NCBI GenBank assembly: GCA_001643675.2
Contig: LSRY02000017.1
Span: 1,488,001-1,552,000, forward strand
Length of the DNA stretch: 64,000 bases
Source: Monocercomonoides exilis PA203
Lineage: Eukaryota > Protista > Preaxostyla
Direction: 5' to 3'
Shown here piece by piece: positions 42,147 through 56,000 of this stretch. The position numbers and the translations under genes were made by a program. Below the pieces are notes generated by a model, which searched no databases, was not told the DNA's origin, and was given only the letters and a program-made list of their open reading frames with translations. Every line of letters starts with the position of its first letter. Position 1 is the stretch's first letter.

Positions 42147-43305
42147 ATGAAGATTTTATTTCTAATACTTGTATATAATTCTATTTGTAAACTTCATAAT
42201 TTTGATGGAAAAGATTTTGATCTTGATCCACTGATTAAAACAGGGTATGATTTCACATTCATTAGATTTCAACTTTTGTGATTGTTTACCTTCAGTACAA
42301 ATCGTTATAGTGGAAGATACAAAGGGGATGATGTATATTGGAATATCTTGTCTAATGTATATGTTGGTGATGTTGAAGGATGTGAAGATAAGGAACAAGT
42401 TGCTGTCACGGCATCAGAAGGTTTATGCTATGGAAGAGCATCATTGGAAAATCAAACCAGTTCTCTTATCAATTCTACGGGAGGACTTTTGCTAAATTGT
42501 ATCATTTTTTTCATTTATTATTATTATCTTGATTATTTTTTGATGAATTTCGTGTAATTTAGATACATCTTCTGAAATGTTTCTTGCAAGTTTTGCAATT
42601 AAGATTGTATGCTCAGAAGAAGAATCCACGCCATCAATAACCTCCACGTTTGAATTCATGATTATTCGTGCATTGTTTCTTTCATTTGGCTTTATTCATT
42701 CATTAAATTATTAAGAAAAGAGCATTTTGTTGTCACTATGGAAACAAAATATGGATGCCCTGTTACAAAACCTGATCCCAATAAACCAGATCCCAATAAA
42801 CCAGATCCGAAAAAGGATCCAAAGAGCAAAAAGCTGAGCTTTGGATCGATCATGCTGATTATTTTGTCGGTGCTGCTTGTTTTGTACTTTGCGGCAGGAA
42901 TACCAATCATGGTGTGACAGAGAGAGAAGGAGAGAGAGTGAGAGAGAAGGAGAGATCCATTTCATATTTACCATTGCAATCTTTTCTTTTCTTTCCTTTT
43001 TCTTTTCTATCTTCCGTATTAATTATGATTTTTGTTTTTGTGCTTTTTATTTTGTGCTTGTGGTTGGGCATGCGAATGGAATTGGGTGCAATGATGACAA
43101 TGATGACAATGATGACAATGATGGCAATGTGTTTGTGGATATTCAGAAGTTTGGGCTGAAGAAGGAAGGGATCGAAATCATCCCATTTGTTCGGTTCTGG
43201 CTGGCTGTGCCAGGACTTGTGATTGATGGGGTGAAGTTCATCCTGTCGCCTTGCCTGAAGTCAAAATCGGGATATAAAAACGTCGATAAAGGCGAGGCCA
43301 TATAG
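42147..43305 (+). CDS. ATG27 / M6PR-like type I membrane protein, copy B
   Basis: Signal peptide MKILFLILVYNSIC; FDLDPL; VYWNI...GCEDKEQ...LCYG; KIVCS; KYGCP; (PDPNK)n stalk; TM and tail identical to copy A except the final YKNVDKGEAI. Confidence 0.75.
42786..43278 (+). repeat. ~493-bp near-identical inverted repeat, copy 2 (partner 24413-24905)
   Basis: Reverse complement of 24413-24905, including the intron; one mismatch seen. Confidence 0.95.
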
Positions 43306-43426
43306 CGTTGCTTGCGGTTTATTGCAAGCATGTTTATTTTTTTAAATATTACCTTTCCTTCGATTATTGAGATAAATGAATTATTAATATTTCTGAAACT
43401 AATGAGCTTATTTATATTCACTTCAT

Positions 43427-43495
43427 TTCTTCTTCTTCTTCTTCTTCTTCTTCTTCTTCTTCTTCTTCTTCTCCTCCTCCTCCTCCTCCTCCTCT
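43427..43495. repeat. (CTT)n(CTC)n microsatellite downstream of copy B
   Basis: Seen directly. Confidence 0.9.
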
Positions 43496-44098
43496 GTTTC
43501 TTATTCATTTCGGAAGGACTTTGTTTCTAGTTTGGTTGGGGTAAGTATTCATTTGTGGAAGAGCTGTTGACTTTTTTGTGATTTTGCGCTTTTAATAAGT
43601 TTTTCAGTTATGTGTGATCGAGATTATTGTTTTACTGAGTTACAACAATTTTCTACGTCATTATCAGTTTATTATTTTCGTTTTAGTTGATTGTCTCTTA
43701 ATTTGATTACCACAGCAAAAGTTTTTTGCAGGGTGTGTAATAAATGTAAATAATAAGAATATTGATTTCCTTTGGAGCGAAATTATTTTTTGTCACAAAT
43801 AGTCTTTAAAAAACGCTGTTATATAGATATTAATTTGTCTCAGTTTTTTTTTTTAAATGTTGTTGATTGATGGAGAAAAAAAAGTTTCTGACCCATTTCA
43901 ATTTTTATTTATCTTAAAAATATCGGATAATTGCACTTTTATTAAGAAAGGATCATTTATTTCATTAATCTTATAAGTTACACAAGCGGAAAAAATATAT
44001 TCATACTCATATCATTTCTGGTATAATTTTACTTTCAATTATAACTGAAATAAGTGAAAATTTTGCTTATTTGCTTTTACACAATTTGTATAGGCTTT

Positions 44099-47000
44099 AT
44101 GGAACGAAGTTCAGAATTTATTTCGCGTCAGATTCCTTTTGATGATCCAGCATTCCTTTTTGGAAGCTTTGAAACTCCGGAAACACGAGCAATTTCTTTA
44201 AAAACGAGTGATAGTCCAAAGCTTTGTGATAGCTCAGCACAAAGAGATTCCTTAATAGATGAGCAACACAGCAAAAATATTGACAAGCCAAATTCTCAAA
44301 GTTCATTTTTTCATAGAAGTGACTTTCTTGGAGATTCAGACAAAACAAACTCAACGAGCTCTTCGATTTTTGATTTGATGAAAATATCAATTCCAGAGCC
44401 TCCTCGTTTATTGGAACAAATGAGCCATCGAGTGGAGACTATAAAGTTTGAAAAACTTCCAGAAATTCACGATAATACTACATATCCTGAAATAATTGAA
44501 AAACAGCAATTTTCGAAAAAAGAGACCACGTCAGGGTTAAATCCAATCGATAGCTTAAATTCAGTGAACGATAACTCTGAAAAAGAAGTACGTGGAGAAG
44601 AAATACAAAGAAATTACCCAGCAACAGAAAGAAACAGTTTTGGCATGAAAAATTCAAATAAAAGAAAACTTTCAAAAAGTACACCGAAAAGAATCCCAAA
44701 GAAGCATCTTCGCATAACTGATCAAGTCGGAGCTTCATCATCTTTGGATGGATCGTCGGTTCGTTCTGCTTCTTTTAGAGCATCAGAACAAGTATTTTCT
44801 TCATCTCCTCATTTGTCATCGAAACAGTCTGATTCACATTATTCACATTCTCATTCAACTGCTGAATCACACACCCATCGCAACAAACATAAAAATAGCC
44901 GCACTGCAAAATCTTTCAAGAATTCAGAGAGGCAATCTGCTATTCCTCATTCCAATCACCCCTTGCATTATCACAAACACCACGTGCATCGCTCTCCTTT
45001 AGAGAAAAGAGATGCATATCACAGCACCTCCTCCTCTTCTCGCTCACCACATTCACTTCACTCACACACATCTTCTATTGACAGTCATTCACTTTCTCCA
45101 TCTACAAGCAATTCAACATCAGAATATTCACATTCAGATTCCTTTTCTTCTTCTTCTTATAAAACAAAAGCGCATTCAACAAAGAAGCGGCATCATTCCA
45201 TCAAAAACAGACATCGTACTGCTAATTCTAGAAAACATGCAAATCCATTAGCCAGCGCTACACACAGCCAACAGGAATCATTTTATCAAAAACCAGCTCC
45301 TCCACCCAACACAGCACTGATGAAAGACACCCGATTCGTCATCGACACTCCAACTACACTGCATACACCTTCGATTATGAAGCCTGGTCTCCAACAGCCA
45401 GCTGTCCCTCCCCATCTTGTTCAGATGTCTGCATACTCTCCATTCAACGGTACACCTTACTACCCTTCCCCTTCTCCCTCTCCTTTCCTGCAGACATTCC
45501 GAGACATACAGTCGCAGCAGCCTTCACTCCAATTCACACAGACTCCCTCTCTTTCGATGATCTATTCCTCCAACCGCCGCCCAGCCCCAGTATTTCCTCA
45601 GAGCACACTTCATGACCCAGCTCTGTTCCACCCGCGCATGCCAATCACATCCACCACACTTTATCACTTCCCTTTCGCCTACCACAACCAGCTCAGACTC
45701 GACAATCCATCCACTCCACTTCCTTCTTCCCCTCTCGTGTCTTCTGTTGCCAACACGCCCATCCCATTCAAACTGCCTCCCCCACCACCACCGTCGTACA
45801 ATGCTACCTCGCAGCATCTGCCTGCTTCTCCGTCTTCTTCTTCTGCTGTTGATAGTCTTTCCTCGTCTCGTCTGCCTCCTCCACCTCCTCCTCCAACAGA
45901 AGGTGCGATACCTGTGAAACATTTGGGATTGCCCTTGTCTTCCATTTCTTCTTCTTCTTTGGCAAATTCTGCTGTTTCTCGCTCTGAATCCTCGAGCGAC
46001 AGTTCTGAAGAAAGCGATTCGATGGAATATTCAAAAGAAAAGGAACGCAAAAGACAAGGGAAGAAAGCATTGAAAGAAGACTCTCACAAACACAGAGGCC
46101 ATTCAGATGCAGAAAGCATAAAGAAGTTTTACAATGATTTGATGAAAAAAAAGAAAAAGAACGAAACATATTCAGCGAAAAGATCGCCTTTGGCAAAAAA
46201 AGACGAAAAAGACAAGAACAAAAAGGAAGATAGACAAAGCTTCAAAAGAGCAAATGCCAGCATTTCTAGTCATTTAGAAGGAATTCTTGATAAAGACGAA
46301 TCATCTGATGTTGATGCTGACACTGATTCCGATGTTGATGTTGATGCAGACAATGCAGAAGAGCAGAAGGGCAGCATTGAGCTTTCTCCGACCCCTCCTT
46401 TCTCAGCCAGTCCAGAGCCAACGCTTCAGTCTTCGTCTGAAATACAAAATTTGCTGAAGACTCATCCAGCATCACTTTCTGAAAGCACACCAGCTGCCTC
46501 CTTTTCGTCTCCAGTTCCATCTACGAGTAAATCTCATGTTGATACAGCATTGTCAGCAACTTCACCTTCACTCGCACTTCATTTTGCCTCCTCTTCTTCT
46601 TCTTCTTCTTCCTTTTTGACTGAAGGCTCTTCTTCTGAAGACGAAAGCAAAGCACTTTCTTCATTGACAAAGCCTCAGTTCCAACTGTTAAAGTCATTAA
46701 ATTCGAGTGCATCAAGCAATATAACGACTCCTTCTCCTTCTCCTTCTCCTTCTCCTTCTCCTTTTCCTTCTCCTTCTCCTTCATCATCTCCTTCACCTTT
46801 GCACAGTTCACTTCAAACTTCTCTTTCACATCACTCAATTAAAACACCCCTTTCTTCTTCTCTCTCTTCTTCTCTCTCTTCTTCCTTATCCTCTTCCCAT
46901 TCACCCTCTTTATCGTCATTTCACTCTCATTCTCTGTCTCATTTTATTTCATCAAGCGATCTTTCCACTTCAGCCATTCAGACACCTCCATCTCATTCAG

Positions 47001-50000
47001 CCAGAGCACTTCAGCATTCACTCACTTCATCTCATTCATCTCATTCATCTGCTTCACAATCACCCAATTTGGAATCGTCACTCAAAAGGAAGCTATCTGA
47101 TTTGAGTCTGAAGCACAACCACTCTCCATCTCTTTCTGATCATTCATCTTCTCCTTCTCTTCATTCTCTTCATTCTCCTTCTCTTTCTCCTTCTTCTCTG
47201 TCACATTCTGATTCCCCAAAGTCTTTTTCTCCTCGCTCTTCTGCCTCTCTTTTGACACCTCGTCTGTCTGCTGTTGGACTTCCTTCGTCTTTCCAGCCGA
47301 TTGCTTCGTTGCGCACGTCACTTGCTCCTCCACTCGATGCACTTCCTTTTGGAGTGCACAAAACAGAAGGAGAAAGAAAAGGAGAAAGAGGAAGAGAAGG
47401 AGAAAGAGGAGGCAATGAACGATTTAAGGAAGATATTGCATATGTGAATGGAGCAGATGAAGAATGGTTGAGACAGGAAAATGAGAAGATTATGAAAGAA
47501 CAGAATGAATTGCAATTAGCTCAAATGCAGCAGATGATGCAACAGCAATGGGCATTGCTTCAGATGCAGCAGTACAACAATGAACAAGAAGAGGAGGAAG
47601 AAGAAGAGGAAGAGGAGGAGGAGGAGGAGGAGGAGAAAGAAATTGAGTCAAAGGAACGATTCATCAAATATAAGCAAATAGAGGAGTTGAAAAGTCCAAA
47701 AGCATCTATTGAAAAAAGAGGCACAAAAGATGAGAAACAGAAACTTGAGCAGAAGAAAAGAAAGGATAAAAACATTCCAATTCAGAAGACATCTGAAGTT
47801 CATTCTGAAAGCAAGCCAAAACTGACAATTCGAAAAATTGACTCTAATAAACAAAACAAGAAAGCAACACAAAAATTGCCAGAAAAAAATTTGAAAGAAA
47901 AAGATGTCGAAGAAAAAGATGCAAAAAAACACAAAAAAGCAGCTGTGAAAATATCTCCAATCCAAAAAGATAACAAAAAAGATGAAAAAGAATTGAAGAA
48001 GAAGGAGAAAGAGAAGGAGGAAAAGAAGAAGGAAAAAGAAAAAGAAAAAGAAGATTCGAGAGAAAGACATAAGAGCAAAAAAGATAGTGACAAAAAGGAA
48101 AAAAAGGAAAAAAGAGAAAAAATTGATGAAAAAAGCGAAAAAGCTGATGATAAAAGAGAGAAGATTTCAAAAGAAAAGCACAAAACAGAAGCCAAAAAGA
48201 AAAAGGAGAAAGAAAAAGAAAAAGAAAAAGAAAAGAAAGAGCAAAAGAAAGATCAAGAAATTAACTTAACGATGAAGCAACTTGGCAAAACTGACCTCCC
48301 TATTTTTGCAGACAACACAATCCAGCCAAATCTTTCTCATCCATTTTGTGACAACGCAACGGCCTTTCCTTCTTCTGATCATCAGACTGCACAAATGGCA
48401 CATACAGCTCAATCACATCCTTCTCATATTTCTCCATTGTCTTCTATTCCACAGTCATCTCAATCATCTCAGTCACCTCAATCTTATTCAAATGCTCGTT
48501 CAATTCATTCTTCCACTCCCTCATTTCCCACTCATCTGTCTTTGCCTTCACAGCAGCCTCAACTTCATCGTGTCTCTTCTTCAGTCAATGAAATGCCACA
48601 GGAAGGAAATGACTCTGCATTAGACGACACACAGCTCAATCCATCCTCTTTCTCTTCTCTCTTTGCATCTCCTCTTCCTCCTCCGCCTTCACATTCATCG
48701 CCTTCTTCTTCTGCACAAACTGCTTCACATCCTCATCCATCTTCATTTAATTCTCCTCAACATTCTCCACTTTCCTCTTCTCTTCTGTCAACCCCGTCTC
48801 TTCAATACAGCTCAGCCCATTCGCCTTCTTCATTCTCTTCTTCGATTCATCCAAATGCAAATGCTTCTGCTCTTTCCACGCCTGCATCTCTTCAGACGAC
48901 ACAAGAATCAGATATGTTAAGAGAACAGGCAATGACACCAGCAGAAGAGAAAGAGGATGAAAGAGAAGAAAGAGAAGAAGGTTTGATGAAGAGGAAGAAG
49001 ACAGCGCAGGAGAGAGTGATGCAGTTGAGTTCTGCTCTTTTGAGAGGCGAAAGAGTGCTGAAGAGAGAAGATGTGAGCAGCGAAGGCACAAACAGTGAGT
49101 CAGATGAAAGAGAAGGGAAATCAATGAAAATGTCAAAGGAGAGGAAAGAAGAAAGAAAGGCAACACAAAAGAGAGACAGAAAAATTGGATTGAAACCAAA
49201 TGGAAAGCAGTCTGCTTCCAGTGGCATTTTGGATGATGGAATGTCATTTTGGAGGATGGCATTGAGGCCAAAAGGGAAAAGGAGTCAGATGCTGCCACAG
49301 TCAAAAGGGAATAATGGAAGCAAAAATCAGCTTTCATCAACTGCTCCATCTGCAATGCATTCTTCTGCTTCTTCTTCTTCTTCTGTTCAATCTACTTATC
49401 CTTTTGATAAAACTTCATCGCTTCTTCGTGGCTCTTCAAAGCAAGCATCGCAACATCAGCCATTAGTCTTGTCGCGTTCTTCTGCTTCACACAAACACGA
49501 TTTTGTTGACAATCCACTTCGATCTGTTTCTCCTTCTCCAAGCATTTTATCTATTAAGTCATCAGCTTCTTCTTCTCCTCCTTCTTCTTCTTCCCCTTCT
49601 TCCCCTTCTCTTGATCCACTTCATTCATCAAATCCTTCTTTAAATGCAGATGTTTCATCCGCTCAGAATTCTCCTCTTGAAATTGAACAGAATTCGCTCA
49701 GAGATTCCACACAGCAAAGAAGACAGCTTCTGAATCAGCTTCGCGAAGAGTCCCTTTCTTCACAAAAAATCCCTTTTGCTTCAAAAACAATGCGTTCCAC
49801 TGCAAATAAAGATTCTTCTTCTTCTTCTTCTTCTCTTTCTTCAACTCTTCCATCGTCGACTGCAATTTCTCCGCCTGTGTTTCGCTCTCAGCTCTTTTCT
49901 CCGCGAATCACTTTATCTCCCAAGCTTTTTGGCCAAAAAGAAGGGAAATCGCAAGAATCGCCTTTGAAAGCGCTTGTTGAGAGAAGAATGGAGCAGATCA

Positions 50001-53000
50001 GACGAGACGAGAAATTGAGGGAAGATTCAGAGAAAGAGCAGATGAACATTCTGATGGAGAAGAGGAAGAGAGAAGAGCAGGCAAAGAAGAAGAGGAAGAG
50101 GGAAGCAGAGGCATCGAATGTGGAAGATGAGAAAGGGGAAAATGGAAAAGATGAGTTTCCTTCTTTTAATTCGAAAAAGGATATTTCAAAAAGAAATAGA
50201 AACGAAGCCGCTTCTGAAGAAGGCAAAAAAAGAGTGCAATTTTCATCGTCTCTTGTGGCAGCCACTTCGACTCCTCCAAAATCACAGCATTTTTTGGAAA
50301 CAGAACAAACTCCTCTTCTTCAGCAGGAGGACAAGAATAATCAGAAACAGCAAGCCAACACTGCTCCTGCTGCTATTTCTGATAAATCAAATGTTTCGAG
50401 AGGAGAAGAAGAGAATTCAATTAATCAAACTGCTTTGTCTCCTTCTTCTGCTCTTGAGCCAACTGACTTATCAACTCTGTCTGTGTCTGAACATCCTGCT
50501 GGCATCTCTCGTTATCCTGCCTCTTATTCTTCTTCTTTTGCTTCTCCCTCATTTTATTCATCAACAGCATCAAATGAACATCCTCTGAATGAAACGACTT
50601 CTCAGAAATGGGATGAATATAGCGCAACTCCATCAAATTCAGCTTCTGTTTTATTCACTGCACTATCTTCTGCTTCTGCAAATGGTTTGTCTCCTCCACC
50701 TCCTCCGCCTCCTCCTTCTCAATTCACTCAAAGTCAACATTTATCAGCACCTGATTCATTGACTTCATCGAATGTTTCACAGAATTCACACAAAGACAAC
50801 AGATATAAGCATTCTCCGAATAATCAAAGAAGCAAAGAATTTGGTTGTGATTCGGATAATTTGGATTCCTCATTGCCGATGCAATCTGTTGCAAGTTCGT
50901 TTTCTTCTTTTGCATCGTCTGCTTCTTCTTCTCTTGTTCTGCCACCTCCACCACCTCCTCCTCCTATTCTCTCCTCCTCATTCTCTGCTTTTTCGTCTGC
51001 ATCTGCCTCTGCCTCTGCATCTGCCTCTGCCTCTGCTTCTTCTTCTTCAGCTTCGTCATCATCTTCATCTCCTTCGCCATTTGCCTCATCCATTCCATCA
51101 TCATCTTCAGATCAATCATCAGAAAATGCAATGAATACTTCGAATGAAGACTCATTGCTGTCTGATCCATCTTTTGTTGCTCTTCTCTCTGCATTCAAAC
51201 AGAGGAAAGAGCAGATGATTGAAGAAGGAGTGCCTCCTCAGTCAATCACAGCACTGGATGCCTTGTATCCTCAATTACATGATGTGATGGAAAAGATGGA
51301 GAAGATGGAAAAAATGGAAAGAGGAAACAAAACAGATAGAAAAGAAAAAGATGATGAAAAAGAATTGGAACAAATGCAAAAGGAAAAGAATTCTTCAACA
51401 AATATTGCTTTTCCAACAGAATTGAATGAAACATCAGCTTCACAACAGACACAAAAAAGTGAAAAGGATGGATTTTCTTCTGAAAGAAATAAAAAAGAAC
51501 AAACTTCACAATCATTGGATCCATTCCAATCTTCAAGCATATCCTCAACTGCTGAGAGCAGTCCGAATGCAACACTTGAAACAAAGACAAATGTTGCGTC
51601 TTCAAATGCTCCTCTGAATGTTCTGATGAAAAATGTCACTCCGCTTTTCAGCTCAATCCAAAAGACGAAGCAGCAGCTGCGGCAGAAGAAGGAGATTGCG
51701 AAGCAGATGATTGCAGCCACGCAGATTCTGCTGAAGCAGAAGGAAGAGTGGATGAAGCTGAAAAAGGAAGAGAGGGAAATCAGCAAGGCGCTGGACAAAC
51801 TGAAAGAGGAAGGGGAAGAAGCAGCGGCAGTTTCAGAGGAGCAGACAGATGAAGGAGATTCTGATGAGGAGGAAGATGAAAAGGAAGAAGGAAACGAAGA
51901 GGAAGGAGAAAAGGAGAAAGAGGAAGAAGAGGGGAAGGAGGGAAATGAGGATGGCAAAGAAGAATTGAAGGCGAGCAAAGAAGAAGTTGGGAAGGAATTG
52001 AATGAATTGAGGAGGATGATAAAGCAGATTAAACAAGAAAAGGCGAAAATGAAGAAAGAAAAAGAAGAGTGGAGAAGAGAGAACGAAGAAAGGAAGAAGA
52101 AGAAAAAAGAGAAAGAGAAAGAGAAAGAGAAAGAGAAAGAGAGAAAAGAGAAGGAAAGAAAAAGAAAGCAAAAGAAGGAAAAACGAAAGAGAAAGAAGGA
52201 AGAAAGCGAATCAGCAGAAAGCTCAGAGGAAATGTCAGTGTCTTCCTTATCAACAACTTCCTCTTCATCCTCCTCTTCTTCATCCTCCTCAAAGACATCA
52301 TCATCTGAATCTGAAAAAGAAAGGCATAAAAAAAGAAAGGCAAAGAAAGAGAAAGCAAAGAAACGAGCAAATAAAGAAGTGCCTGAAAAGATTCCATCGC
52401 ACTCAGAAAGAGAAAAGGAGCATCAGACAGAAAAGCTAAATGAACAGAAAAATGGAACTGCAATGCCACCAAAGACAAACAAAGACAATGAGCATTCTGA
52501 ATGGACTGATACAACAGCAACAAAATCAAAAGAAAAGGAAGAAGAATCAACAGAAAATGAGAGCATGAGCAATGAAGAAGACAAAGACGATGACTTTGTG
52601 GATGAAGATGAAATCAAAGCAGACAAATTGGAAGAGACGAAAGACGAATGGAAAGACGAAGATGAAGATGAAGAGAAAGATGAAGAAAATGCAGATGAAA
52701 GAGAAAGCAAACAGATAAATGAAGGAAAGCAAGTGGAAACAGATGAAGATGAATTCAAAGATGAAGATGACGAATACAAAGATGAAGATGCATATAGCGA
52801 TGATTTTGAAGAAGAGTTTGTTGACGAAGACAAAACACAAAGCAAACAGCCAACAGAACCAACTGAACCATCCAAAGATGTCGAAGAGAAGATGAGCAAT
52901 GAAGAAGAAAGTGATGGCAATTCTTTTGTTGATTCAGACTTTGAAGACACTCAAAATGACATTTCTCCATTTGCTGATATCAAAATATCTTCTTCTTCTT

Positions 53001-56000
53001 CTTCTTCTGACAAGAAAAATAACAATTCCCCTGCAACTGCATCTGCAACACAAGAAAATGAACAGAATTCGAAAGAGGCAGATGAAAAACAAGAAGATCA
53101 GTTGGATGGAAGCTTTGTTGATCTGAGCAACACGCTATCTTCGACAACATCAGCAAAAGTGTCTCCGATGATGGGGATGAAATTCAAATGGAGTTTGGAT
53201 GATGATGATGATGATGACGATGACGATGACGATGGAAAAGATGATAAGGAAGAAAAAGAAGGGAAAGGAAAGAAAGATGAGAAAGATGAGAAAGAAGTGG
53301 AATTAAAACAGAATGATAAAAAGGATGAGGAAAGAGAAGATGAAGAAAAGAGTGATGCTGAATCAGAATACAAAGAAGAGAAAGAGGATTATGAAGACGA
53401 TTGGGAAGATGAAGATGAAAAGGCAGAAGACTTTGTTGATTCGGACAAGCAATTGTCGAATGAAGATAAAGAAAAAGAAGATAAAGAAAATAAAGACAGA
53501 AATAAAGACAAAGAAGAGAACGAAAGAAATGAGACAAAAAATGATGAAAAAGAATCTAAAAAGAAAGATAAAGAAGAAGCTGAAGACAACAAATATGAAG
53601 ATAGTGATGAAGATGATGATGAAAACAACATTTTTGGGAATATTTTGGGGAGAGGAAAGATAAAGTTCAGCTTGGACGATGAATCAGATGAAGAAGAAGG
53701 AGAAGAAAAAGAAAATGAGAAAGAAAAAGAAGAAGAAGAAGTTAAGCCTTCACCAAAAAAAGGAGATGAAGAGACGAAACAATTTGATGAAGTTGAAAAG
53801 AAGGAAGAAGAAGAAGAAGAAGAAGAAGAGAAAGAAGAAGACAATTCTGAATGGAATGATGAAGATGACGAGCAACCATTTAAGGAGCCTCATATGATGG
53901 ACGATGCAGATGCGATGAAAGAGGAAGATAACAAAGAAAAAGATGACAATGATACAAACAAAGAAAGTGATGAAGCAAAAGAAGACAAAGATAAAGAAGA
54001 AGAAGAAGAAGAAGAGGCTGATGAAGATTATGAATCAGATTTCTTTGAAGACACAATTAAATCACAAAAGAGTGCAGCTAAACAAGAAGAAGAACTTAAT
54101 CTTCAAAAGGAAGAAACAAACAACAAAAAAGAAAAAGAAGAAGAGAAAGAAGAAAAAGTAACAACCAAATCATTGAAAGACGATGATTCAGATGAAGAAA
54201 CGGAAAAGGAAGATAAAAGTGAAGATGAAAAGGAATTTGATGAAGAAAGTGAAGATATGGATCCATTTGGAGATGTGTTATCAAAAGCATCGTTTAATCT
54301 GGAAGCAGAAGAAAAAGAAGAAAAAGAAGAAAAAGAAGAAGAAGATAAAAAAGATGAAGAAAAGAATGATAAACAGAATGAGCCAAGTGGGATAAAAGAT
54401 GATATTTCTGCAAATAAAGAAGCGCTTTCCAAAGCAAAAGAAGACGAAGAAGACGAATCAGGAGCAAAAGATGAAGAGAATTCAGAAGAAGAAGAGTGGG
54501 GCGACTTTGAAGAAGTTGATGAAGACAAAGAAGTGAAAGAAAAAGACGATGTGACAAAGGAAAATGATGAAGAAGAGCAAAAAGAGAATGACAAAGAGAC
54601 TGTTGACAATGCAATAAATGATGCAACACGTTCTGATGGCAATCAACAAGAGCAATTGAAGACAGAAGAGAAAGAGGAGAAGGAAGTGAAAGAAGAAAAA
54701 GAAGAGAAAGAAGAGAAGAATGATGAAGAAAAAGAATCGTATGGAGATGATTTTGACTATTATGAAGATGACTTTGAAGCAGCAGATGTTCCTTTGGCTG
54801 AAAAAGGCTCTTCAGACGAAAAAGAAGAAAAGAATGTCACTTTTGAAGGAATTTCTCAATCAAAAGCAGACAAGGCAAAAGAAGATGAAATGATGAATGG
54901 AAAGAAAGAGATGAATGAAAAAGAACAAGAGGAAGAGGAAGAGAAGGAGAATCCTGAAGATGAATTTAAGGATGATGAAGAAAGTGAAGATGACGAAGAA
55001 GATGAAGACGATGACGATTTTATTCATTTTGGACGAGCAAAAAAGGCATCGTTCCATTTGGATGAGTCAATTGAAGAGGAAGAGGAGAATACCGAAGACA
55101 AAAAGGAAGAGGAGGAAAACAACAGATTGAAGAAGACAAAAGAAGTGGAGGATGATCAAAAGAAAGAAGAGAAAGAAGAAGAAGAAGAAAAGAAAGAAAA
55201 GGCAAATGATGAAGCGAACGATGAAAGTGAAATATCTGATGAATGGAAGGATGATGATGAAGAAGAAGAAGATGGTTGGATTGAGGATGAAGCAGCAGAA
55301 CATGAAATCAAAGAAGACATTGATGGAATGGGAATGAATGAAAAGAGGGATAAAAACAATTTGGATGAAGAAAATGGAGAGAATGAAAATTCATTAAAAG
55401 AGGCTTCTATGAAAGAAGAAAAGGAAAAAGAGGAAGAGGAAAGAAAGCTGAAAGAGGAAGAAGAAAAAAGGAAGAAAGAAGAGGAAGAGGAAAGGATAAG
55501 ACGAGAAGAAGAAGAGAGATTGAAAAAGGAAGAAGAGGAAAGGCTGAAAAGAGAAGAAGAAGAAGAAGAGAGAATAAAGCGAGAGGAGGAAGAGCGTTTA
55601 AGAAAGGAAGAGGAAGAAAAAGAGAGGAAGAAGAAAGAAGAAGAAGAAAGACTGAGAAAGGAGGAGGAGGAAAGAAAAAGGAAGGAGGAAGAAGAGAGAG
55701 TAAGGAAAGAAGAGGAAGAGAGGAAAAGAAAGGAAGAAGAAGAAAGGTTGAGAAAAGAAGAGGAAGAGAGAAAACGCAAAGAAGAAGAGGAAAGAAGGAG
55801 AAGGGAGGAAGAGGAAAGGGAAAGGAAAGAGGAGGAAGAAAGAAAGCGGAAGGAAGAAGAAGAGAAAGAGAGGAAGAGGAAAGAGGAAGAAGAACGATTA
55901 AGAAAGGAAGAGGAAGAAAAAAGAAGAAGAGAAGAAGAAGAAAGAATAGAAAAGGAAAGGGAAAAGGAAAGGATCGCAAGAGAGAATGAAGAAAAGAGGA

